NCBI GenBank assembly: GCA_003427395.1
Contig: BFEA01000044.1
Coordinates: 3,697,583 to 3,761,582, forward strand
DNA from: Chara braunii
Lineage: Eukaryota > Plantae > Charophyceae
DNA length: 64,000 nt
Reading direction: 5' to 3'
Shown: positions 52,492 through 64,000 of the stretch, one piece after another
Numbering within the stretch: the stretch's first letter is position 1
How the letters are laid out: every line of letters starts with the position of its first letter
The notes under the pieces: model-generated
The model's database searches: none
The model's input: only the letters and a program-made list of their open reading frames with translations
Told to the model about the DNA's origin: nothing
Translations under genes and position numbers: made by a program

Positions 52492-55400
52492 TCAGTTCAC
52501 CAGGTCCTCCTTTGCATTCACACTCTTTCTAATGATTCCATCATTGCAGCGGTAAGACGCCGGTATGCCTGGAGTCATGGTGGTTGACCTAAGGGGGGGG
52601 CTGGTCGCTTGCGTCCATTGTTGTTGTGGTCGCATCCGGTGGAAACTGTTGTGCGTAGTCATCTTGTCATATGTCTTGTATTCACCTATACTTCCGCTGC
52701 CTCCCTGTTCCGAAGAAAGGGTCGGCTTGGATCCAACTTCATCCTTCTGCCACTCCTCCATCTCGTCTTCAGAGCAGTCACTTTTGTAGGACCTATCCAG
52801 GTCCATGGCAAAAACCCTTGAATCCAGGTCCCTATCCCCTATAAGGATGTCCGCACTCAAGAGTTGTGCCACCGAGTCCCCCAGCGTTTTCGTTGGAACG
52901 TCGGGACACCGTCCTCCATGGTCTCCACATCATCCCGCTCTTGAGTTTGGTTCTTTCTGGGAATTTGGCGATCAGAGGAGTAAAGGTGCAAGGGGTGTGC
53001 CTCTCCAGTTCCATCTGATATTCCCTTTGTTCCCTTTGGGCGGCTTGGAATGAGCTGTCCTCTGGATAACCGTGGGGGTCAAACAGTAAGGAAGAGCATG
53101 CTGATACAATTTGAGTGTACACTTGACAAAGAGCAGCAGCTGGTTGACTATGGTTCGGATGGGAGGAAAGGGTATGACTCACTCAACGCTGCTCGTTGGT
53201 AGAACCGTAGAAGTTGGCAGCACTAGCAAGTAGTAGCAACCTCCTCGTAGTAGTTAGCAGAATTGATGCATAGGGGATTGTCTAGTGCAGATTGGATCAG
53301 CTGGTTTGAAACAATGTGTGGAGTCTATAGTACAATAGCTGACTGCTTACTTGATGAGAAGATCCAAGTAGGGTTTGTGTGAGACTCCGTGTTGAAGGAG
53401 TAGTTGAAGGGATGCTGGACCCGCTTTCCAGCATGAGCCGAAGCTGGGTAATGGCCCCAGCATTTCCGGGTAGAATTGTGAGGACCCCGACCTCTTCGAT
53501 ATTTTGAAATGAAAGAGCAGAAATCATGTTGGAAAAAAAAAAAAGAAAAAAAAAAGCCCTCGAATCCAGGTCGCTATCCTCTATAAGGATGTCTGCACTG
53601 AAGAGTTGAGCCACTGATTCCCCCAGCGTTTTCGTTGGAACGTCGGGAAACCGTCCTCCATGGTCTCCACATCATCCCGCTCTTGTGTTCGGTTCTTTTT
53701 GGGAAGTTGGCGATCAGAGGAGTAAAGGCGCAAGGGGTGTGCCTCTCTAGTTCCATTTGATGTTTCCTTTGTTCCCCTTGGGCGGCTTGGGATGAACTAT
53801 CCTCTGGATAACCGTGGGGGTCAGCTATCTCATATAACCCCAGTGGGAAATCCTTTGTTGCTTTTTCTCGAAGGGTGATGGCTATGTTCTGTCCTTCATC
53901 AATCCTTGGGATTGTGAAGGACACGTCTGTGGTGACTTGCCATTGTCCCTCCTTCTCGATGTACCTCGCTGCTATCAGCGGGCGATTACCCATCAAGGTC
54001 ATTCTCGCTGATTTGGCGGAGGCCACCACGTGTGGTGCCTTGCCCTCAGCGATATGCTAAATAAAAGTAAATTGTGGTGCATACTGAGTGTTCAGCTTTT
54101 TCAGCTTTTCTGGCTGGGCCACGACCACAACCACTTCTTTTTCCAATATTGACCGTGCTGATTCCTCTTCTGCTTCTGATTGTTCTGGATTTGACTTTGA
54201 ATTCGGTTCTTTCATTTTTTGGTTCTTTGTTGTTTTCCATTTCTTTGGACGAAGGTCTTGGAACAAGTCGTTGGTGTTGAGAACTATCTTGTCTTTGTCT
54301 AGCAATCCCTATTCTCTAGCTCTCTTCTTTTCTGCGTACCTGAAGGCGGTGTACTCTGAAAATTCCTCCGCCTTCTCCTTCCTTAGTTTCTCGTACAGAT
54401 TGTCCGATTTCTCGATGCCCGCATTTGACCCATTTCTCCCGTTTTTTCTGAGATCTTTCAATGCGTCTCGGACAGGCTGCTCTCTCTCCTTTTTTCCCTT
54501 TTCTATGTATTCCTTGAGCCACTGAAGTGATCGTTGGCAGCAGGATCCACTGTCCATGGCTGTCCCTCCGGCCTTCTTTGTCCTTGCGAGTTGTGCTTCC
54601 TTTGCTGTCATATCGTGCGCTGGCAGAATCGACATCAGTGTCCCTCTTTTGACCTTTTGTGGGTGGCTGTTCTGCCCCCGTTTCCTTGTCAGACTCCCAT
54701 CTCCTTCCTTCTCTTGAGACCCGCTTCCACCTTCTTTTGTGAGGCCCCTCCAAGCATTTTTTTGTTGTTCCCTTGTGGTGTGGGGGATTTTTGGAGAGCC
54801 TCCTGTTCCATGCGACTGAGCATCTCTTGCAGGATTGTTGGTTCTTTGCAGTACTCAAGTTCTGCTTGTTCTTGGATTGAGTCTAGGTCCCATAATAGGT
54901 CCTCCCTTGCTTTCTCCTCGTTGACCACTCGAGAGTCGATCAGCGGGTTGGAGTTAATCTTTGTAGTATTTCCCGTTATTTTGCCTGTTGCCTTCTTCTG
55001 CCATCTACTATTTGAAGGGGGGAAAACATTGGGCTTTTTTACTTTAGGTTCTTGATCCGCATAGTGCCATACCCAGTCTGGTTCATCTAGGTTATCATCA
55101 AATACCCAACCATCGTAGCTCGGGTCAATGATGAACCATATGCTCGGGGCATCCCCAACTTCCACGAGCATGTTGGGGTGGAGTTTCCATTCTTTGGAGT
55201 ATTTCGAAAACTTCGGGCAGTTCGGATCTGTCCCCATATGACCACGCTCCCTACATCTGAAACACATTGGTGAAGTTTTGGTGGAAATCTTGATTTGCAG
55301 GGTTTTGTTTTCAATCTGAAGTTTCCATTCCTTTGCAAATAGCGGGGGGTCATCTGTTTTAACTTCCAATAGGGTCGTCATAGATCCACGGTGTGGTGCC

Positions 55401-55821
55401 GGCAACTCGAGTTGGCACGGCCCAGGTTCTGCAGAGAGAATCCTTCTCCGACGTGCTTGAGTTTCCCCTCCTTCTTTACTGTCTCTATGATCCATTTTCT
55501 TTTTTCTGCCAGCTGGAGGGTTGCTCTATTGCGGGCGAAATTGAAGACCACTGCGTGCTTCTCATGCAAATCATCCAATTCGGAGACTTTTCCATCAGGG
55601 TACTACCAGACGATGGCTTCTTCCTCTTTCTCTTCTATTATCACTTTTTCTGTGATTGGCACTCCTTTGACTTTCGTTTTTTCAATCAGGAATTTGAGAG
55701 CTTCGTTGTCTATTAGTTTCATTTGTTGCTTGCCCGTTTGCAGGTTGCGGGGCGTGGACGTAGCATTTTGGACCACCTGTTTGAAAGTGGCCGCATCGCG
55801 GCCTTCTGCTGGTGTTGTCAT
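52492..55821 (-). pseudogene. LINE ORF1 (interrupted)
   Basis: CFRCRERGHMGTDPNC knuckle and charged regions, upstream of APE. Confidence 0.75.
53082..53556 (+). mobile_element. Poly(A)-tailed retroposed fragment between ~270-bp direct repeats
   Basis: A-tail at 53533-53556; host sequence 52810-53081 is repeated at ~53552-53823. Confidence 0.7.
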
Positions 55822-57649
55822 ATTGCCTGTCCAGATACTGGAGGGCCTAACCGGACCCTATTACCCTTCTGAATGTGTTGTCCACTTCGTCAATTGACAA
55901 GCCCTGTTGCTACTGAAGTGAGAGGGAGTACGAGGGGCTGGGGTTGATCAAATGGGGGGCTTGATTAGTCGAATAGGGAAATTCGATGTGTTTGGGGTTG
56001 AGGGAAGGCAGAGTTGGTGGAGTGTCAGATCTGAGATAGTGCTCTGTTAGCTGGAAAGGATAAAGGAGGTGGCCACAAGAGGAGAGAAGAGGAGTATACT
56101 TAGTATGGTGGGGACTGTGATGTGAGTTCGGGGGGAGAGATAACTGGCAGGAGGTAACCGCGGATGGGCGGGATAAAATAAACCGCGCGATTTTTTTTTA
56201 TTTTATTTTTTTTTTTTTAACTTAAGGCGACGGGTGTTATTGCTAATAGGGGGTGATGTGGGGCTGAGACTTCAATGGTGTGGAGTCTCGGGCGGCTATG
56301 GCTATGTACGGTGGGGAGAGAATAGGATTGGTAAAATGGTGGTTGTGACAAGAGCGAGGGGGGGGATGGGTTGCTTTCTGTGTTACACCGGGGGGTTTGG
56401 GAAAGGAGGTGTTGGGGAGATTTTGCGGCAGATCTTTGGTGGTGGGGGGCTAGAGGCAGGGGGGAGGGATGCTAGATCTCGATTAAGCGTAGCACGACTA
56501 TGCAGGGGGTAGAGGAGATTGATGGGTGGAGTGGATGTGTTCGAGGTGGCGGCGTTCAATGGCAAGTTGATGTTTCTGACGTTGTTGGGGGAGCGGAGTG
56601 GGATTCAGGAGGTGGGAGTAGGAAATAGAGCTGGGGTCAGAAGTAGAAGGATGGGAGTAGCGCGTAAGACGTGCAGGGGGAAGGATGTACGGAGGGCTTA
56701 TGGATGGAGGGGGCTTGTACTGCGTTGGGGATGGCGTAGGGGGCTGGGGGTTATACTATGGGTGGGTGAAATGTAGGTAAGGGGGTACTACGGACGGTGG
56801 AGCAGAGGGAGTGGAAAGGCTGCCTTGATAGGGTAGGGTCAGGGTGGGAAGGTGTATGACGGGTGGCTGGAAGGGAGGGGGGGGGGTTGGACCACTTTGG
56901 GGGAAGGGGGGTGACTGGAATGTGGGAAGGGGGAGAAGGGTAGAAGCGCGATCGGCGGCTTAGTAGAAAAGACGGGGCAGGGCAGTCTTTAGCAGGATGG
57001 ATGGGCAGTATCAGGCGGGACTGAGATAGGGGTTAGTAACGTTACAAGAGTAGGGGGAGGAAAGAAACACTCGCGTGTCCGAGAGTAGACCAGTGGAATA
57101 GTGAAAGGAAGGTGTTGAGAGGGTAGGGGGTGTTGAGGGGAGAGTGACCCAGCGAGGGTATGGTGGATGTTACTTTGTGTTGTTCTTGAGGTGGGGTTGG
57201 GAGGTTGTTGTTTAGCTCTCACTGCAGTGGTGCTCGACGGGTGCCTGACTTGGTGGAGGATGCGGCGATGGCTGTCTTGGGCTCAGCAAATGCTCAGCAG
57301 AGCTGCTCAAGACTTTTCCTCGACGACAAAATGAGGAGACTTCGAGGACACTGCTCCCTTCGAGTAACAAGATCGCTGTCTGGAGTTCGCTGGAAGAAGG
57401 TGGCTATACACTCATGAGCACCACCAATCTTCACGAGGACGTGAATCCTGCTAGGTGCAGCGCGATTCTCTTGGCTAGGAGGTGTCGACTCGTCAGGATC
57501 CCGCATCCCCCTGCACGTATTCTGGGGCGCTGTCCTTGCTGTAGTGGAACTCGTCTTTCGCTGCACTCCAGCTACTCCTGGCGATCGCTTTCGAAACATT
57601 TTCTAACACCTCTTGATTTTTTTTCTTAAGTTGCAGGTTCTAGAGGTTG

Positions 57650-58388
57650 TGTGGCGACAACCAGTTGTTCCGAGATCGCTGTGGCGCGGCCCTTAGTCTA
57701 GGCTAGGGATTTTCTTTATTTCCTAGTCAGGACTCCGGTGCAATGGACCTCCCAGTTCACAACCAATGAGCGCACACAATCACACACCATGCATGAGTGA
57801 GTTCACACACAGTTCACACCGGAGGCCAGAGAGATGAGGTCCAGGTGAGCACAACTTTAGAGTTCCGACAAATTATCATATGGGCAATTAAGATTTCCAG
57901 TCACAGGCGCTCAACAGCGCAACCCAAGTAACCAGTATCTCCACTCAGGTAAGTATCTCTCCCGATGCTCTTCTCTCTTCTCTCTCGGTCTTCTCTCTGT
58001 CTACTACCTCCCCCTGTCTTCTCTCCCTGCTTGCATGCACTCATACCTTCTACTAAAGGACCAACTCTAAATACACCCACTACTAACTCTACTATCCCCT
58101 CTGAGGTCTGCTACTAACTACTAGCACTGGCGCAGCTATGACTGCCTTCCCTCTGCCAGCGCTGGGCAGCTATCGCTGCTCCCTCGATCTCTCCCTCTAC
58201 TAGCACAGCTCCTTGGCTCAGCGCTTCGCCCCTCGCAATAGCGCACAAGTGCACCAGCACTTCCACACTTCATGCGAATGAGCAATCTGCCGAATGAGGA
58301 GGCTGGCCAGTCCTTATATTGTCTTGGACCAAGCTTCAACTCGTGCCAGCCTCTGCTTCTTGGGGCTTGACTTGGTTCCGGTACCACA
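57650..58388 (-). repeat. Putative 3' LTR of D
   Basis: TGTGG / CCACA termini and adjacent tcccca PPT; no partner LTR in the window. Confidence 0.65.
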
Positions 58389-58788
58389 TCCCCACGGCCT
58401 GTTTGCTTTTAAATTTCAGGGCCTGTGCTGCTGCTTGGGCCTTTGAGTCACGACTTTTCGATTGTGGCACATGGTTTTTGACTGTGGTTTGTGACTCATG
58501 CCTCTGGGACACGACTCTTGCCTGTGAAAGTGTCCTTTGCCCGTGGGATGTGACTTTCCTGTATGACTTTTCATTATGAGACGTGATTTTACCCCTGAGA
58601 TGTGACTGTTTGCCGGGTGCTTGTTGGACTTGACTGCTAAGGTACTACTGTGACTTTTCTGAAACTGACCGACTTGACCTTTCTTGGCCCAGGCCTCCGA
58701 CCCTGAAACTCGAATTTGGGGTCTGAATCGTGGAAGGCCTTTTAGTCTCGCCGGCCTAGTTTCGAGGTCTCCGAGGAAATTATGAACT

Positions 58789-61700
58789 TTATCTGTCAAT
58801 TATGTTAATTCCTCTCTCAGCTCTCTCATAATAGGACACAATATGTGGTGCCGTCTCACTTAGTTCATCTCTTGTAAACCAGTGATCTTCTGAAGGTTCC
58901 TGATAGGCAAATCTAACCTTATGTTGTTGTTGTGGTCTATCTCTATGCCCAGATTTGTAAACATCCTCTCCAACAATCCGATCTATATCATATTTCCCAT
59001 CCATATCCGGGGGATTCATAGATCTGTGAGTTCGGAATAAATCATTACTAACACAAGGGAGCAACTTTGATGCATGAAACACCGGATACGTGCGCACATG
59101 TGGAGGAATCTCAACAACATAAGGAGGACCATCCACATCAGCAATCACATCAAGAATCTGCCACTGTCCTCTATAAGCAGGCAACAATTTCTGGGAAATG
59201 TTCTCCTCAGGGAGAAATTCTTTTGACTTTATCCAGACCAAGTCCCCTACAGCAAATCGTGAAGGCCTACGCTGCTTATTTGCCTGTTCAACCATTTGGT
59301 GTTACGCCTTACTCCTTGACTTTGTCCAAGTCCTTTTGGTACTGAATAGCAAATTCTCTGGTCCCTGGCGGAAGTCTCTGTACTTGATCAGGGTTTACCG
59401 GCAATTGGTCTACGAGGGCGCCATCCAAGATGCAGTTCAGTCGGTGTTCTAGACGTAGCTAGGTGCACAGAGTTATAGGCACTTGCAACCTTTGGCAGAT
59501 GTTCGTCCCGGTCAATCTGATCGGGACGGATGTACATGCGCAGCACTTGCTGCAGCAGCTTGTTCATCTGCTCGGTCTGTCCATTTGTCTCAGGGTGTCT
59601 ACCTGAGGACAGTCACTTTGGATCTGTATACCTTGCCACCGTTCACCTGTGAACCCCGAATCCTTGTCACTTACAATAGTCAAGGGATGGCCGAAATCTT
59701 TCACCCAATGATTAAAAATTCCCTAATCACTAAATCAGTTCTTGCTTCTGCAGGGAGTGGAACGAACACAACAAACTTGCTAAATCGATCTACCACAACC
59801 ATAACCTGACTCTAGCCAGTCTTGCTTCGTACCTTAGTGTCCATGAAGTCTATAGACACGTAGTCCTTGGGTCCTGGCGGAATAGGCAGCGGCCTGAGTA
59901 ATCCAAGGGGAGGTTGTGTGAAACTCGTGTTCCTTTGACATACCTGACAACCTTGCGCGAAGGAAATGCAGTCATACTTCATTCTCGGCCACATGTAGGA
60001 GCGCAAGAGGTTCGCAATTTATTCCTTGTTCGGGATGCATAGTCAATCATGGATATCTGTTTTCTCGAACAGCAGTCCCTGCATCACCCTATAGTTCGGG
60101 ACTTCGTGCGGTGTTGTCTGCACCTTGCCAATTAGTTGGCTATAGATTGGATCACTCGCATAGGTAGACTTAATTTTCTCCTGCAGTTCGGTGCTTGCAT
60201 CTAGATATGTGACAATAGCCAGGGTTGTTTTGGCGCCTACCGCCTACCCAAACCGTAGGCGGTAGGCGCGCCTACCAGTCCGGCTGACCCGTAGGCGGAC
60301 CGGTCGGCGGTCGGTAGACTGCCTAAATTTTTTTTTTTTTTTCCGATGACATGGTCGTGTGCTGCTTGAGGAGGGCAGCCCGAATCCGCAATAATTTTTT
60401 TGGGGGGTGGTGGGTTTATAGGGGGAGGTATAGGGGGGTTATAGGNNNNNNNNNNNNNNNNNNNNNNNNNNNNNNNNNNNNNNNNNNNNNNNNNNNNNNN
60501 NNNNNNNNNNNNNNNNNNNNNNNNNNNNNNNNNNNNNNNNNNNNNNNNNNNNNNNNNNNNNNNNNNNNNNNNNNNNNNNNNNNNNNNNNNNNNNNNNNNN
60601 NNNNNNNNNNNNNNNNNNNNGGGTGTTAGGGGGCGGTCTGGGGGTGTTGGAGGTGTGTATGGGGGTGTTGGGGGGGGCTATGGGGGTGTGGATGGGGTTA
60701 TTTCGGGTTCTGGACCAAAAACAATTTTATTTTATTTTTTTATTTTTATTTTTTGCGGGGTGCCTACCGATCGCCGACTGGTCGGCGCCGACGGCGCCTG
60801 CCGTCGGCTGGTCGGCAGCCGACGGGTCTGGGGTCGCCTACCGTAGGCGTGACTACCCTGACAATAACACTAAAAAATTCAGCTCTTCTACTCAACGCAG
60901 CGGCGACGACATTGTACTTCCCCTTTACTGGCTTCAACTCAAAGTCAAACTGATTAATTTCCCCGGCCCACCTAGTCAGTTTTGGTGTCATCCGAGCGTG
61001 GGTTTTTAGCCAGCGAAGTGTTCATGATCAAAATAGACTTTAAAATGGCAACCTAGCAGATAGTGTTGACAGAGATTCAGTGCTTCCCGCAGAGCAAACA
61101 ACTCTCTTTCATAGGTGGAAGCGGCGACCTTTTCACTACACAGTCTACAAGACATAAATTCCACAGGCCTGTACCCATTCCCATCGTCTTGCTGGAGTAC
61201 AACACTGATCCCGTATTGACTGGCGTCAGTGGTTACGATAAAGAGTAGAGATGGGTCTGCGACTTCAACACCGGGTAGGTAATCAAACATTTTTTAGACG
61301 CTTAAAGGATGTGGTACAATTCTGATCCTAAATAGTTCCTTTCTTCAACAATGTGCTCAATGGGGCAGCGATTACCGTAAAGTTCCGAACGAACTTGCGG
61401 TAATAGTTGGCCAAACGAAGGGATGAACGTAGTGCTATCAATGTGCACGGTTTAGGTCAATCTCTAATGGTTGCAATCTTGGCATCTTCCGACTTGATTC
61501 CATCACCATCGACCATATGTCCCAAGTACGAAACCTGACGCTTTGCCCACTCACACTTCTTCGGGTTAATCTTAAACTTCGCCTCGCACAACTTATTAAG
61601 CATAACTTGAAGGTGCTTATGCTCACTCAAATTCTTACTAAAGATCAATATATCATGTAGTTCAGCAACAACAAATTTATCAAGCCACGCACGAAAGAGC

Positions 61701-62915
61701 TCATTCATACATCTTTGGAAGGTTGCAGGAGCGTTCGTCAATCCAAACGACGTTATCACAAACTCATAGTGGTCGTACTGGGTACGGAAAGCCATTTTGT
61801 GTCGGTCCTCAGGCAATACCTCAATCCGATGGTAGCCTGACTTCAAGTCTATCTTGAAGAAATATCTGCAACCTTGAACTCTGTCTAAGAGATAGTCTAT
61901 CCTTGGCAATGGCTCAACGCTCTTGACTGTTATTGCGTTGAGTCCCCTATAGTCACACACATTCGCAGTTCGCCGCCCTTCTTTGGCACGAACAAAACCG
62001 ATGAACCGAATGGCGAGGAGCTTGGTCTAATCCATCCCTTCTCAATCAACTCATCCAATCGCTTCCGTGGTCCGTCGATCTCTTTTGGAGACATCCTATA
62101 GATGGGGCCCTTGGGGATCTGGCTACCGGGTTCTAACTTTGTCCAATGCTTGGTTTCTCTGTCAACTACTTCACTCGGGGCCTCTCCACATCTGCGAACT
62201 CAACAAGCAATTTTTGCACAGTGGGGGGTATTGGCTTTTCCTCTTTCTTTTCTGCACTCATCGGGCGCACATGTGCAACAAACACTTGGTCAGCAAGTTC
62301 ATTCTTGACCACATACCGGGAGAATGCGGGGGCACTGATGCAGCAAAGAGACAGGCTTTCTACTCTGGATGCACGGAAAAAATGCACTTTTTTCTTCCCA
62401 TCTAGGGGACTAGGCAAACAACACTCATGCTCATCCAGTTTTATGTTTGCATTCGCGGCCTCGCCCCAATCTGTTCCTAAGATTATGTCAAAAGGGAGGC
62501 TGTCCTCCACTAAGAGTGTCAGGGAGTGAAGAATACGTTCCACCTTACTGCCAGCCTCCAACCGGAAGTGTGCCCTAACATAACTATCTGCTATCATCTC
62601 CCTGTTATCCACTAACTTACAACGCGCTGGTCTAACTTCTGGACCTTCAGGCCTAGGCGCATCTTTTGCAGCCCTTTCTTGCCAATATAATTGTGTCGAC
62701 TCCCTATCTATTAATGCGCCCCCTCTTACTTTACTGACCTCTACGTCTGCAATTAGCAACTGCCTTTTCTTTTTCTTCATTTTGGCCCAAGCGCGGCGAC
62801 GAGTGATCAGTTCATCACCTATGCTTGTGAGGGAACTACCTAGAGAGGTTCTAACACAAGCAACCTCCGGGCAGCTAACTAGGTGAGGGCCTTCTATTGT
62901 CTCAGTCTCTGCCAT
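58789..62915 (-). pseudogene. pol: Gypsy pol of D
   Basis: FDIILGTDW (PR), [51 protein letters not shown]...KVRF...HWF. Confidence 0.92.
60220..60860. mobile_element. hAT-like MITE in pol of D
   Basis: TIRs CAGGGTTGT / ACTACCCTG; 8-bp TSD ACAATAGC / ACAATAAC (one mismatch); gcctacc/ggtaggc subterminal arrays. Confidence 0.9.
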
Positions 62916-62986
62916 TTGGACCTCTGGATGGGTTGATGACAGTCTGCTTGCATCCAGAGTCCCTGTAGAGGCAACTGCTACCTCTA

Positions 62987-63630
62987 CTAGTTGTTCCGTT
63001 TTGGGTACCGATACTCAGGACAGCAGGGAACAATGTGGTCGGGGTCACCCTGTTTGAAACATTGGTTGGCCGCCTTACGCTCATCCCACGTCTTCTTATC
63101 AACCCCCATATGTTCCCAAGGTTTGCCTACAGCCATCCCGGGATGGGGTGAATATGGCTGCCATTTGTTGTTTCCTATACCTCTTCCCCTTGCAGAGTAG
63201 GAACCTCTTCCACCTTGCAAGGGACCATTACCCCTACCTCCCACATAGTAGCTACCTTTGCTACTACCCCTCTGGGCGCGGGTCCTCTTCCTCCACCTCG
63301 GCCGCGACCTCCTCATCCTCTACCACGACCTCATCCTCCCTGTTGCCCTCCTCCGGGGGCGGCAACAGCCACATAGTCCCCTCCCTGGGCTAAGTGACTG
63401 TCGCTATCTTTATCTAATCCATAGTCTATTTGGTCGTAGGTTAGTGACTCGACACCTCCTTCCTCAAAGGTGACGAGTAAGTTATCGATCGGAGATCGTT
63501 CGATCTCTCCACTTCTTTTCCACCTGCAAGTCCTTCCAATAATGACAATATTGTGCCTCCTGCAGGAAGCCAGCACGATCCACTGCGATCTTGCTGAACT
63601 TCTCATAGGTCATTCCTAGGCATGTACTAT
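62987..63630 (-). pseudogene. gag: C-terminal gag of D
   Basis: RG-rich region and degenerate knuckle CFKQGDPDHIVPCC upstream of PR. Confidence 0.75.
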
Positions 63631-64000
63631 CTTGACTGCTAAGGTACCCGACTGTGACTTTTCTGAAACTGACCGACTTGGCCTTTCTTGGCCCAGGCCT
63701 CCGACCCTGAAACTCGTAAGAGCAGAACATGGAAGCGTTACGGTAGAAAATGTAGTTGCTTTCGGATTCACCAAGGAAAGTTGCAAATAATTTTTTTTCA
63801 GAGAGGAGTTCCATGTGGTTGATCACGAAGGGAAAAGAAACTCTGTGAATGTGTATTTCAACCTCCCTACCCCAGACCCACTCCCCCTATTCTCGTTCAT
63901 TTGCTGGTTTTGGGAAGTGAGCAAAATCAAACTGTCCAAACGGTTTGTGAGGAATATGCGATGGGCGGGTGGCCCCGACAATCGAAGCAAGCATAAGGCT

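Larger units (their letters stand above)
48256..57600 (-). mobile_element. L1/Tx1-type LINE, decayed; boundaries approximate
   Basis: ORF1 with CCHC knuckle, ORF2 with APE endonuclease and RT, long C-rich 5' region; A-rich tract at ~48229-48252 on the minus strand. Confidence 0.85.
57650..63630 (-). mobile_element. Chromovirus-like Gypsy element D, broken within gag
   Basis: Putative 3' LTR 57650-58388 (TGTGG...CCACA) plus PPT; chromodomain-like tail, INT, RH, RT, PR and gag remnants. Confidence 0.9.

Overview
Eukaryotic nuclear DNA made almost entirely of nested, decayed transposable elements; no intact host gene, tRNA or CRISPR array is supportable. The element families, a plastid insert and the microsatellite style suggest a green alga or plant, probably a charophyte such as Chara (inference only). 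Contents: (i) five Ty3/Gypsy LTR retrotransposons, all on the minus strand: E ~3750-10081, A 22097-38269, B 29843-37004 nested in A, C 38903-47663 and D 57650-63630. A-D carry a chromodomain-like integrase tail. (ii) A solo LTR (23178-24272) and a 4.3-kb TG...CA insert (25181-29527), both nested in A. (iii) An L1-type LINE (~48256-57600, minus) interrupted by a MITE and by a poly(A)-tailed insert flanked by a ~270-bp duplication. (iv) hAT-like MITEs, three with 8-bp TSDs. (v) A ~235-bp plastid rDNA fragment (23S 3' end plus 4.5S) inside only one LTR of B. (vi) Assembly artefacts: a Nextera mate-pair junction adapter at 13919-13956 and single-N overlap duplications. I found no evidence for a new enzymatic system; the most interesting signals concern TE biology and DNA-repair footprints.
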